This document shows positions 28,301 through 40,300 of a DNA stretch of 64,000 nt, piece by piece; the first letter of the stretch is position 1, and each line of letters opens with the position of its first letter. The position numbers and the translations under genes were made by a program. Below the pieces are notes generated by a model. It was given only the letters and a program-made list of their open reading frames with translations, had not been told where the DNA came from and searched no databases. Source of the stretch: Sphyrna mokarran (lineage: Eukaryota); assembly GCA_024679065.1 (NCBI GenBank), contig JAGIQG010000002.1, positions 25,172,001 through 25,236,000 of the forward strand, in the 5' to 3' direction.

Positions 28301-31300
28301 GGCCAGCTTCCAAGAGTCTGGGCTGCTTCTATGACACCCTCTTCATCCCACTGCCCTTGAGATGCTCTGGTGTCAGGAAGGGGAGAGTTAGAAGATGCAG
28401 TCACAGCCACAGTCCCCTTGCTGGAAAGCACTGGCATGCTCTTGAGCCCTTCCTCCTCTCTTGGGTTCCTATGGGCCCCTGGGTCATTCCATGGGACGGC
28501 AAAGCTTCTGTAGGGAGCTTCAGAAGCTTTGGTATCATCTAGCGTTGCAGGCCCTGGAGGACCATTTGCGTCCTACCCATGATGGTCATCCCTCTGCAAT
28601 GGCCACCTGAATAAGGGGGCCACATGTCAATGGCTGCAGCAAGTGCCCTCTGAGATTGGACCATGCTCTGCAGCCCCTCAGCCGTGATGTTCTCAAGGGC
28701 TCCTGCTATAGCCCACTGTGTCTCAGCGTGTCTCACAGGGTTTCCTTCAAGCTGTCGAGGCTCTCAGCCATGGGATGCGAATTTTGAGAATCCTGTTCAG
28801 TCTCTTAGTTGTGGCCTGCTGTGATTTGGCAATCATTTGGAACTTGCCACTCATGGGGTGAATTCCCTGCTCCAGGCTTTATACTGTGGACACCACCCTG
28901 GGCCTAGGAACTAAGCAACACAGGCAATAGCTGGGCCATCTAAAGCTTTGGGACTCCTCCCAACAGTCTCACAGTCGGCCAGTGTGGCCGTCAACCCTTC
29001 CTGCATTCCTTGGCTCTGTTGCTGCATCTCTAGCAGCTGAGGAAGAAGGGATCTCAGTAGCCCAGCATGTAGCTTGGGGCCAACTGAGTCTTCGCCTCCA
29101 GCAAGTTCACACATGCCTTCGGACATGCCTTCCTCCACTCAACATACATCAGCAGATGTTTATGCTCACCAGAGAGTGATCCAGAAGCCTCACCATTAAC
29201 GAGACCTATTGATATGTCAGTATCTGGGATGGTGAACTGTGAGGTTGAAGCTGATGTCAAAATGGAGGCACCCTTGGAGGTTCCTTCACCCATATCCTTG
29301 GAGGACTCAGCCAAACTGTCTGAGTAGGATGGGTGGGAGCCGCAGTGGGAGCCACAATGCCAGATGGCCCAGGGTATTCAGATCTTTTCCTGCAACACAG
29401 GGCACAAAGTTAAGTGCAATGGAGGGAGAGGAATCCAGCTGGCAAAAAACATGATTTGCATTTCTTCATTGAATATAGAATAAAGCACAAAGAAAATTAC
29501 ATCTTCCTCCTCCTCCTCCAATAGGTTACCTCTCTGTTGTGCCAAAGGTTGGGTTCTGGGGAACCAATGGCAGGATACAACACACCACCGCAATGTGTGA
29601 AGAGATCAGGGGGAACAGGCCCTTCGGCCCTCCAACTTGTAGCAACCAGGCTGCCTATCTGAATGCTCTTCTATTCATATCCCTCTACTCCCACCTCATT
29701 CACGTAGCTGTAAACATGCTCCTTAAAGGTCATTCTCATATCTGTCTCCGTGACTTCTTCCGGCAGTGAGTTGCAGGCACCAACAACCTCTCTATGCATA
29801 TATTTCCTTTAAACCTTGCCCTTTGCATCCAAAGCCCATGCCCCCTGTAAGTGTCTCAAATTGAATGGAGGATTGACAAGTGTTCACTTCTTGACTCCAG
29901 CCCGCTCACACTGTTGTGGACAGCCCACATCTCTCTTCTCTGGACAACTCCAGCACTTGCTTTTCAAAGACGATGAGGATCTGGAGTTCTGGCTCACCAC
30001 CTCCTGTCTTCACCCTCTCTCTGATGTTATGGTCGGTTTTCTCATGTGGAAATAGAAGAAGCCATGAAAGAAATAATGGCATGACCTCTGCAGAGTATCA
30101 GGTCATGGCCCTTGGCTATCTTTGTGGTTGGGGGATGGGGGTGGGGTGGTGGTGATTGGAAAGATTGCTTGGGAGTCAGGGACTGGAATTATGTAGGATG
30201 CTGGGGATGGGAGGACCTGGGAGCAATTTGGGGGAAAATACTAAATGGGATTAAACATTTACCCTTGCTGCCTGGATGAGGTCATTGATTTTCTTGTGTC
30301 ACTGTTCTGGGCACCAGTGAGATGGCACTAACTAAGGCAGTAACTGAATCGTAGCCCACATTGCCATTAGCCCCTCTGGATCTGCACCCTCCTGGGGGGA
30401 AGAGGGTGTCCTGTCTCACATCTGCCGCATCCAGCAGCCTCAGTAAATTGGGGACTGGTCCTTTGCTCATTTTTCCTGCACTGCCTATCCATCCTTTGGG
30501 TTTTTACGGTGTTGTTGTTTGACAGGTTAGATCAGCTGCAGGCAGTTTGGTACAGCATTCCAGCAAGTTCCATGCAGTTTGCTTGTTAACATTGAGGGGA
30601 AGGCAAGTGAGCACTTGCAGGAGTGCTGATGTAGGATGGTGGTGGATCAGTGCCTCAATGATTGAGGTCAGGAGAGAGAGAGAGAGGGAGGTGTCATACA
30701 GCTTCGTAGTCAGGAGGAGATGGGGGCCTTGTGCAGGAGGGTCTGGGGGGAGGTGGGAATCACTCTGCCTGAGATCAGTGGGGGGAAGGGAAGGAGCGAT
30801 TCACTGCCACTCTGCCTGAGATCGACTGGGCAGGGGGATGGGAAATAGTCTACTGCCGTTCTGCCTGGATTGTGGAAGGGAGGTCTGGTGCAAGTACGCC
30901 TGAGATCAGTGTGTGGAAGGGAGGAAGGGCCCACGATTAGTCTGTGTGGTGGAATTTGGGTGGATAAGGGAGTCAGTAATGTTGTGGGAGTGGTCAGTGT
31001 CCATGGGGGCCAGTGGGAGGCATATCCAACCTGAGCGGGATGTGGTAGGATAGCAGCATTCCATAATTTTTTTGCACATGCACAGTTGGAGGCTCTTGTC
31101 AGAGCTGCAGGATTTTGGGTGCATTAAGCCACACCTGCAGGCTTGTGCAGCGTGATTCAGAATTACTGATATTTTTTCAGGTAGAGTGCGTAGGGAGCAG
31201 AGCAGCCCTAAAGGTTGAATTTGAAACACTCCCGTTTTAAGTCTGCTCAGTATTTGGAATCAAAATGGTAAAATAGAACTCTGAGGGTCTACAGAGGGAT

Positions 31301-34300
31301 GTAGACTGGTTAGGTACATGTGCAAAAACTTGGCAGATGGAATATAATGTAGGAAAATGTGAAGTTATGAACTTTGGAATGAAGAGTAAAGAAACTAAAT
31401 ATTTAAATGGAGAAAGATTATAGTCCTCATGCATAAATTACAATAAGCTAGGATACAAGTTCAGCAGGTAATTGGCAAGGCAAATTGAATCTTGGCCTTT
31501 ATTTCAAAGAAAGTGGAGTATAAAATTACGGAAATGTTGCTAAAACTATACAAGGCACTGGTTAGACGACACATGGAATATTGTGAACCATTTTATGCTC
31601 TTATTTCAGAAAAAATATACTGGCATTTTGAGGTGGTCCAGAGAAGGTTTACTCAATTGATCCTGGCTCTGGTGGGATTTTTTATGGGGTGAGTTTGGGT
31701 AAGTTGGGCTTATTCATTGCAGTTCAGAAGAATGAGAGGTGACCTTATTAAGATATTTGGATTCTCAGGGGGTAAGATAGATGCTGAGAGGATGTTTCTT
31801 CTTGTGGCAGAGTCTAGGACCAGAGGGCACAATCTTAAAGAAAGGGGCCACCTATTCATGACAAAGATGAGGAGGAATTTCTTTTCCCGAAGGTAGTGAA
31901 TTTGTGGAATTCTTTACCACAGAGAGTTGTTGAGACTGGTTCATTAAATAAGCTCAAGGCTGAGATAGACAAAATTTTAATCAGTAAGGGAATCAAGAGT
32001 TATGGGGATTAGGCGAGCAAGTGGATTTGAGGATTATCAGATTAGACATGATCCCATTGAATGACAGAGCAGTCTCAATAGGCTGAATGGCCTATTTTTG
32101 CTCCTGCATCTTATGGTGGATAAAATTGAAAGCTCAGCTATTCTATTAAAATTTTGTAGCAACATAGATACACTCCATGGAAAAGTGTTCCATAAATCTC
32201 CAAAATGCACAGAGGTATTTACTAAAAAAGTGATGCAGACGCATACATTGAACCTGTGCTCTTCTTGCTGATCTCAACCAGAATATAGTCGAGGTTCTGT
32301 GATTGGTCATACTATCTTCAATTATAAATGGGACAATCAGTACAATCCCCGCTTTCGACTGCTGGCTATGAATGCATGCTGAAAAATCAGCTGGACTAAT
32401 TGCCCTGCTGTTAGATAGGTTCACTCACCACTAGTTTCATGTACAAAGAATGACCACATAGCTGAAATATGAAATCAGATTCTCATAGGAGTTGATACTT
32501 TTAGAAGTTGGGGAGACAAAAATAAAATAAAATTGACAAAAGTAAAATAGAGTGCAGAAGATGTTGAGGGACTTATTTTTTGCTTTGTGCTACAGTAGTA
32601 AAAAGATCTTACATTTGCTGTCAATGGAACCTTCTGCTTTCTGAGTGTGTTTGCATATTATAGTTCTACATCCTGTCCGTGTAGACCAATATGGATTCAA
32701 GTCTGTACATATATTTGTTTCCAGTCTGAGTCTTTGATTACCATAGGTCTGAAATTATTACCTATTTACTATAAGTCTGAAATTATTACATTTTGTATCT
32801 CTAGCCAAAACCTTAAATCTATCTCTCTGGTCCTTATTACATTGGCTAATATTTTCTTTATCTGCTCTATCTAGTTCTTCATAATCTTATATAACTCCAT
32901 CGGCTTTTCCCTGAACCTCCTTGGGCTTACCCAAGCTTTCATTTTAGGTGTCTGATCTCATGAATCACATGTTGTGGTGCATGAACTACTCTCATTATTT
33001 TAGCACAAACTGATGCTTCTCATCTGAAATTCTTGTCTATATAAAAAATACAGGATCTTAAATTGAAGAATGGGGACAAGTTACTTATAGCTCTTTTTTG
33101 TTATCCAATATATGTTAATGTGATGTATTAAAACATTAAGGAAATAGAAATGAGGAAAGCATAAAATAATTGAAAACATAAAACAGAACATACAAAGGAT
33201 AGCTACTACTATTTCAGATAGTACTCACATTAACATTTTACAAGTTTTTTTTAACCACTTATTGGCAACCTGGCCTTCTTTCCTGCTATATTTCTGACAA
33301 TGGGTTTGTGCATGTATATTATGGACTGAACTACATATTCTGTTTGTTTTCCACCAGGGATCTAAGCAATAATAATATATTAATTTTGGGTCCTGGTGCC
33401 TTTTCACAGCTATCAAGCTTACACTTTTTGTAAGTATTCTTTTTGATGGTTTTGTGTTGAAATTGTTAAAACATAATGATATTGGCAAATCAAATGTAGC
33501 AGATTTGATAGTTGCTAGTGCTTTATTGAAATGCTTGTGTGTAATTTAACTAGCAAAATTATGTGACTATCCTTTTCTAATTTCATTCAAATGCAAAATG
33601 TAAATAAATAATATAGGAATGTTACTGATTCTCAATAAATGAGAGTATTATTGGAATCTGTACATAAGTAATTAGAAAGTTAGTTTTGTTAACTGGCATA
33701 ATAGCTTGAATTGCATATTTAATTTGAGTTTCTGAAAGAGATGTATAACTCTTTGTAATTTATAGCAACAGATAAAGAAACCCCCAATATTGTATTTAAC
33801 TTTATCTATTTCAAAAACTGGCAAAATTCATTGGCAAACATGATGAAAGATTAAAAATTTATTAATCTGAAATAATATCTTATGATTGGCAATTAGGATA
33901 AAATGAAACATTTAAAAATGGAACACAGCTTTTTATGGAGTCATTATGACACAGAAGGAGGCTATTTGACGCATTGAGTCTACGTCAGCTCCATTTCGCC
34001 ACTCTTCCTCTGCAAGTTTAGCCTTGCAAGTTTATTTCCTTCACACTCCTTTCAATTGTTTTGTTTGAGATCATTGACACTATCACTTCCATTACCCTTG
34101 TTGACAGAGAGTTCCAGGTAACTAATTATTATTACCACCCTCTGAATAAAAAGTTCTTCCTCGCATTTTGTGTCTCTAGCCCAAAACCTTAAATCTATCT
34201 CTCTGGTCCTTATTATATCAGCTAATATTTTCTTTGTCTGCTCTATCTAATTCGTCATTATCTTGTACACCTCCATCAACTCTTCTCTTAGCCTCCTTTG

Positions 34301-37300
34301 CTACAAAGACACATCTCTAACTTCTCTAACCTCATCATGTAACTAAATTCTGTCATTACTAGAAAGAACCTGGTAAATCTCCATGCTTTCTTAAGGACCT
34401 TTAGATCCTTTCTAAATTGTGATGATCAGAACTGCATTTAAACTCCAGTATAGCATAGTCAGAGTGTTGTGCAGGCCATAGGGGAATCAAACCTGTGAGT
34501 TTCATGGAGCACAAGCTGCCTTATTGAGCGAGTTGAAGCTCGCCCAATGGGAAATGGCCAACAAGTGTTTTTAAGCATTTAAATCCTTCTTGGGATTAGT
34601 CAAGTATTATGGAAAATATATCCTGAACTTGGTTTCCATGCTGGCCCGTTTGCACGCTCTGCTACAAAAGTACCAGAGCTTGTCGTGCAAAACTCCAAAG
34701 GCGGAGGCTTTTTCTCAAGTCAGACATCAGGTAGTGTCATCTAACCTATTGACCCATTTTGATCCAAATGACTTGTAACACTTTCCCTTACAGGATTGGT
34801 GCAGTGTTTTCACATTGCTGGAAAGATGGGATAGAAAAATCCATCTCATGCCTCAAGGACCCTTTCACAAACAGAGTGAAGGTCTTTTCAAACTGAGAAC
34901 CAAGGGTTAGAGAAGACCTTGCCAATGTCAGCAAGGTAGATCAAAACCTGGATCCAAAAAGACCCAATCTTATCCAAAATAAAGCACATGATCCTGCAAT
35001 GGAGATTCCAAGAAGAAATGAAACACTACCTCATTAAGAAAGCTAAACTTATATTGAGGACAGGGTCATTCTTTGGGGATCCCGAGTAATTGTTCCATCT
35101 CCAAGACAAAGTGCAATATTAATAGAGATATTTGACTTTTGGAAGCGTAGAGTAGAACATGGTCCTGCCTACATCAATGGGGATGAAGTAGAAATGATCA
35201 AAAGCTTCAAGTTCTTAGGTGTCCAGATCGCCAAGAAACCTGTCCTGGTCCCCCCATGCCGTTATCATAGTTAAGAAAATCCACCAATGCCTCTATTTTC
35301 TCAGAAGACTAAGGAAATTTGGCATTTCAACTATGATTCTCACAAATTTTTATAGATGCACCATAGAAAGCATTCTTTCTAGTTATATCACAGCTCGGAA
35401 TGGCTCCTGTTTTGCGCAAGACTGCAAGAAACTACAAAGGGTTGTGAATGTAGCCCAATCCATCATGCAAACCTACCTCCCATTATTTGACTCTGTCTAC
35501 ACTTCCCACTGTCTTAGAAAAGCAGCTAGCATGATCAAAGACCCCACGAACCCCGGACATTCTCTCTTCCATCTTCTTCCATCGGGAAAATGATACAGAA
35601 GTCTGAGGTCATATACCAACCGATTCAAGAACAGCTTTTCCCTGCTGCCATCATACTTTTGAATGGACCTATCTCACATTAAGTTGATCTTTCTCTACAC
35701 CCTAGAAATGACTGTAATACTATCTGCATTCTCTCGTTTCCTTCTCTGTGAATGGTATACTTGTCTGTGTGGCGCATAAGAAACAATACTTTTCACTATA
35801 TGTTAATACATGTGACAATAATAAATCAAATCAAATCAAAGTAATGGTCACCCAGAAGAAGCAAAAATGAAGATGTTGGCTTGGAGTTGCATCTGTCTTG
35901 ATTCTGATATTATATACTTGCTGAAGCGCTGTAACCTATGCCAGGAAAACCAAAATCTCCTGTCTTCAGCTCCCCTACACAAATGGGTGTGTGTACATGT
36001 GAATTTTGCATGTCATTTTATGGGTTCAACGCTTTTAACCATGGTGGATGCACACTCCAAATAGTTGGAAGTGCACCACATAGGCTCCACGACTTCTCAG
36101 GTTACGATTTAAAAATTATGGCAAAGCTTCAGCACATATGCAATATCAGAAATCTTAGTTTCTGACAATGTGCAGCTTTCACTAGGGGTGATTTCCAGAA
36201 TTGTGTGTCCTGCAGTGGTATCCAGCGTGTCCGAATTATCACCAGTCATCAAATGGACTGGTACAAACCTTCACAAATGGTATGAAGAAACAACCAGCAG
36301 TATCCACAGAAACCAAAGTGGCATGATTTCTGTTTGATTACAGGACCACCCCAAACACCGCAACATGTTAGTCTCCACCAGATGGTGATGTTAATGGGAT
36401 AACAGGCTTTGTGTCCAATTGAGCCTACTAGTCCCAAATTTGGTGGGGGAGAGTGGAGTTAGAATCATAGAATCTCGACAGTGCAGGAGGAGGTCATTCA
36501 GCCCATCAAGCCTGCACTAACAATAATCCAGGCTTTATCTTCATAACCCCACATATTTACTCTGCTAATTCCCCTGACACAAAGGTGCAATGTAGCATGG
36601 CCAAACAGCCTAATCTGTACTATCTTTGAACTGTGAGAGGAAACCGGAACACCCAAAGTAAACTCTGGGGAGACTGTGTAAACTCCACACGGACAGTAAA
36701 ACAAGACCAAAATCTAACCCAAGTCACTGATGTTGCGAAGCAGCAGTGCTGGTCACTGTGACACCACGCCATCCTATGTTTCAACAGGAAAACCAAAAAA
36801 GATTCTGCAAGGACAGAAAGAACTTTTGCAATGGTCCACGTCAGGAATTTCAGGGATGGTCCCAGTTGGGTCCCTGGGATTGTTACTAAGCTAAGGAAAA
36901 GACTTCTTTGCAGTGAGGGCTGCTGGGAAAGATATGTACCTAAAGTGGGGGGAAGGATGTTTTAGTGACTATGGAAGCCATGGATGTTCAACAAAAGGAT
37001 GGAAGCTATGGAAGCCATGAAGGTTCATCTGTGGGATTTATGGAGCATGAGCTGCCTTATTGAGCAAGCAGAGGATCATCCAATGGGAAGCAATCTCTAG
37101 GGGTTTTTAAGTCTGTTATTTCAGTTGGACTGTTGTTGTGGTCCCAAAGCAAAGACTACCTGACTGTAAGCCATGGCAGTAGCTCTTTCCTTTGGTGCAT
37201 AGTAAAGGGCGTTGGCGTTGAGAAACTCTTGTTTGGCTGAATTACTGCACAGAGCTTTATAAAAGTTCAGCATAATTCCCTGTTTTTAAACTCAAAATTT

Positions 37301-40300
37301 CTATGAAGCTCAAGATTTGATGTGCTTTGTAAATTATCCTCTCACTATGACTTGCCACCTTCAAAGATCGATGCACATGAACATTAGCTCCTTCTGCTTC
37401 TGCACGTCCTTCAGAACTGTTAAGTGTATCAAGCTACAATCAGTTTACATTGCTCTTTCCTTTTCCTCCTACCAAAATGCATCATCTGACACATCTCTGC
37501 ATTAAATGCCATCTGCCACTTATCTGTCCATTCTGCCAGCTTATGTCATGTTGCAGTTATTCTCAGTGTCTGGCATTCTTCCAAATTTGGTATCATTGAC
37601 AGATTTTAAAATTTTATTTTGTATTTGTAACACCCAAGTTATTTATATAAGCTGTCGTCCAAGCATAGATCTTTGGGGAGGACCATTTTATTGTCCAAAA
37701 AACAACCATTTACACTTTATCACCACTCACTGTTTTCTGTCCTTTCATCGTTTTCTAAATGCAAGCTGACATTAACCCTCTGACTCCATAGACGTCTATT
37801 ATGTTAATTTGGCACTTTATCAAATGCTTTCTGAGAATCCATGTGGACAACACTTGGTTTGGACCGGGTCCAAAAATGGTTTGGTTTCATCAAACTTGTC
37901 CATCAGTTCATCAAAAGTTCAATTAGAATAGGCATGACTTGCCTTTTACAAATCTATGCTAGCTAACCTTGATTCACTCATCCTTCACCATGTATCTTAA
38001 TTTTCTTCCTAAGCAGTATTCCATTATCAGGTTTTGTGTGTGATTTTAGTTTGCAAGGGAAAGGGGCTTGCTGATTGTGGCCTTAAGGACAGATCACAGA
38101 AGAGGTATCCAGCACTAGAAATTGAAAGGTTCAGTCAAGAGTTTGCTTTTCTTTTATGACCCATGAAATCCATAAAACCCTTAGTTGGGTTGAAGATTAC
38201 TAATTACCATTAGAGTAAAATTGTTTTCAGCATCTCTTTATTTCTCACTTGTTGCTCATCTAATGTTCACAGGGCAGCATGATGGCACAGTGGTCAAAAC
38301 TGCTGCCTCACAGGGCTGTCTGTATGGAGTCCACATGTTCTCCCTGTGTCAGCATGGGTTTCCTCTGGGTGCTTCGGTTTCCCCACATGGTCGCAAGATA
38401 TGCTGGTTAGTTGCATCGGCTATGCTAAATTCTACCTCCATGTACCTGAACAGGCGACTACGGGATTTTCACAATTACGTAATTGCAGTGTTAATGTAAA
38501 CCAATTTGTGACACTAACAAATAAACTTTAAAAACCACGCCCGGAATTTTCAAGCTGGTAAAATCACGCGAGAGCCAAGAAATCAGGATCAAGCCTGATT
38601 TCTTAGATCTTAGTGATCTTACGAGGTCAGTCTCGCCTGAAATGAGTGAAAGGCTGAATAAATTATTTAACCTCATTGTAATGTTAATTGAAACGGCATT
38701 AGTGAGCCCATCGCTCAGTTGTCTGGGTTTGCTTGCATTTAAGGCCTTGCTGGGAGAGATTTTCTCCTGTGAGGAAAACACCTGCTCCCCATGAATGGGT
38801 AACAGTCGTGCTGGCCTTGCTGGTAGAACTGGAGACCATTGAGGCTTCTCGGGGAGGCTGAGGACGAAGGGGAGTTCTTCAGCTTGTCTGCCGCAGCAGG
38901 AACCTCTTTCTGTTTGTCAGACCTTTGCTGCTTCTATTGTGCATGTACAGAATCAGAGGTGAATAGCTCTCTTTGGCAAATTAAGCCCAGCCCACTGGCT
39001 GTAGCAGATAGAAATGGTGTACACCATTTTATCATGCAATTATGTGCGCAAGATTGGCTGTGAAAATTCACCTAAAAAAAAACAGATCAGCAACTCTCCC
39101 ATTTTTGCGCTAGCTGGACACTTGGAATCATTCTTGTAAAATTCTGCCCCGTTGTCAGATGGAGCCAGTGTAATCTGTCAAATATTTAAATCAGCTGATC
39201 TAATAAACTGATTTCCTTTTAAAACTGGAGATGCTAAAATTGAAACTGAAGCAGCTGGGGGAACAATATCATCCAGTCAACATCTGTGAAGGGAAAACAG
39301 AAGTTAACATTCTGAGTGCTCAGAGTGTGAAACTGAAAGTAAGATAAATATAGAGGAATGGGGAGTTGGAAAACAATTATTGCTGCAGTCACGAAAAAGA
39401 GAATATCACCTGCAAACTGCACTGAATTAATACACATCCTGGAAAACCAGGAGAAAATTTATGCATTTTTAAACTATATCATATCAATTTCAACACTGTC
39501 CTGTAATTAAGCTCCCAACTATTCCAGCAAATTTCTGCACATCAAGTCCTCGACCAAAAATGTTATGATTATAAACAAATTCAACCTCCACATCATGAGA
39601 AATGTAATAAAATCTACAATCATATTTTGGGTGATGCTGAAGACTTGAGACTCATAATGATCATATGCGTAAGGTTACTTCCATTATAGACCGTCACTGC
39701 ATATGTCTGGATTATTTACTGATGGAAATCAGCTGTTTGAAGTTCAAGCATTATAAATTTGAAAGAATATAATAAGCACTAAAAGCGAAACAGGCAGAAA
39801 GTGAAAAGAATGTAGAGTTATATGATTCCTCATAAGGACTTTAAGTGATGCATCAATCACAAAGCTATGTGATGCCATTACAACCACACATTTGTAGCAC
39901 ACATTTCATAGACATTGAATCTATGATATGACTAATAGTAGTGACCAATTGTTTTCATCCCTGAGATAAATAATCCATCAATCCACCGGAGCCAACCAGG
40001 AGGCCAGTGATCTTCCATTGACCCCTCAGAGCAGACGCTGATGGGAGATGCACCCTCGGCACACCCTCTCTCAGCACCAAGTACCAGCGCAGATATAAGC
40101 ACATTGCTGGGCTATAATACATTAGCTCAGTTTATAGTGTATGGGAGTGAGGGCGCTGGACACCATGGAGGGACTGCTAGAGACAGGACCCTGTTGATTC
40201 CAAAGCAGATGAAGAACTGCTGAAGTTGTCAATTAGGTGCCAAATGCAGAATGTCCAGCAGAATGTATGGGGAGATTTGATGGAGATTCTTGAGGGTCTG

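Larger units (their letters stand above)
34465..37249 (+). mobile_element. Internally deleted Mag-type (K02A2.6-like) Gypsy LTR element, 5-bp TSD CAGAG
   Basis: Partial 5' LTR from TGT at 34465 fused to [14 protein letters not shown]; integrase VHVNFA..MVDAHSK..LVSDN; PPT AAAGTGGGGGGAAGGA; 3' LTR 36958-37249 (TG..CA); TSD at 34460-34464 and 37250-37254. Confidence 0.88.
33940..38020 (-). mobile_element. Old CR1 LINE split by the Gypsy element at 34465-37249
   Basis: Reverse-strand CR1 3' sequence continues across the CAGAG target site (..catagtcagag / cagagctttataaaagttcagc..). Confidence 0.7.
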
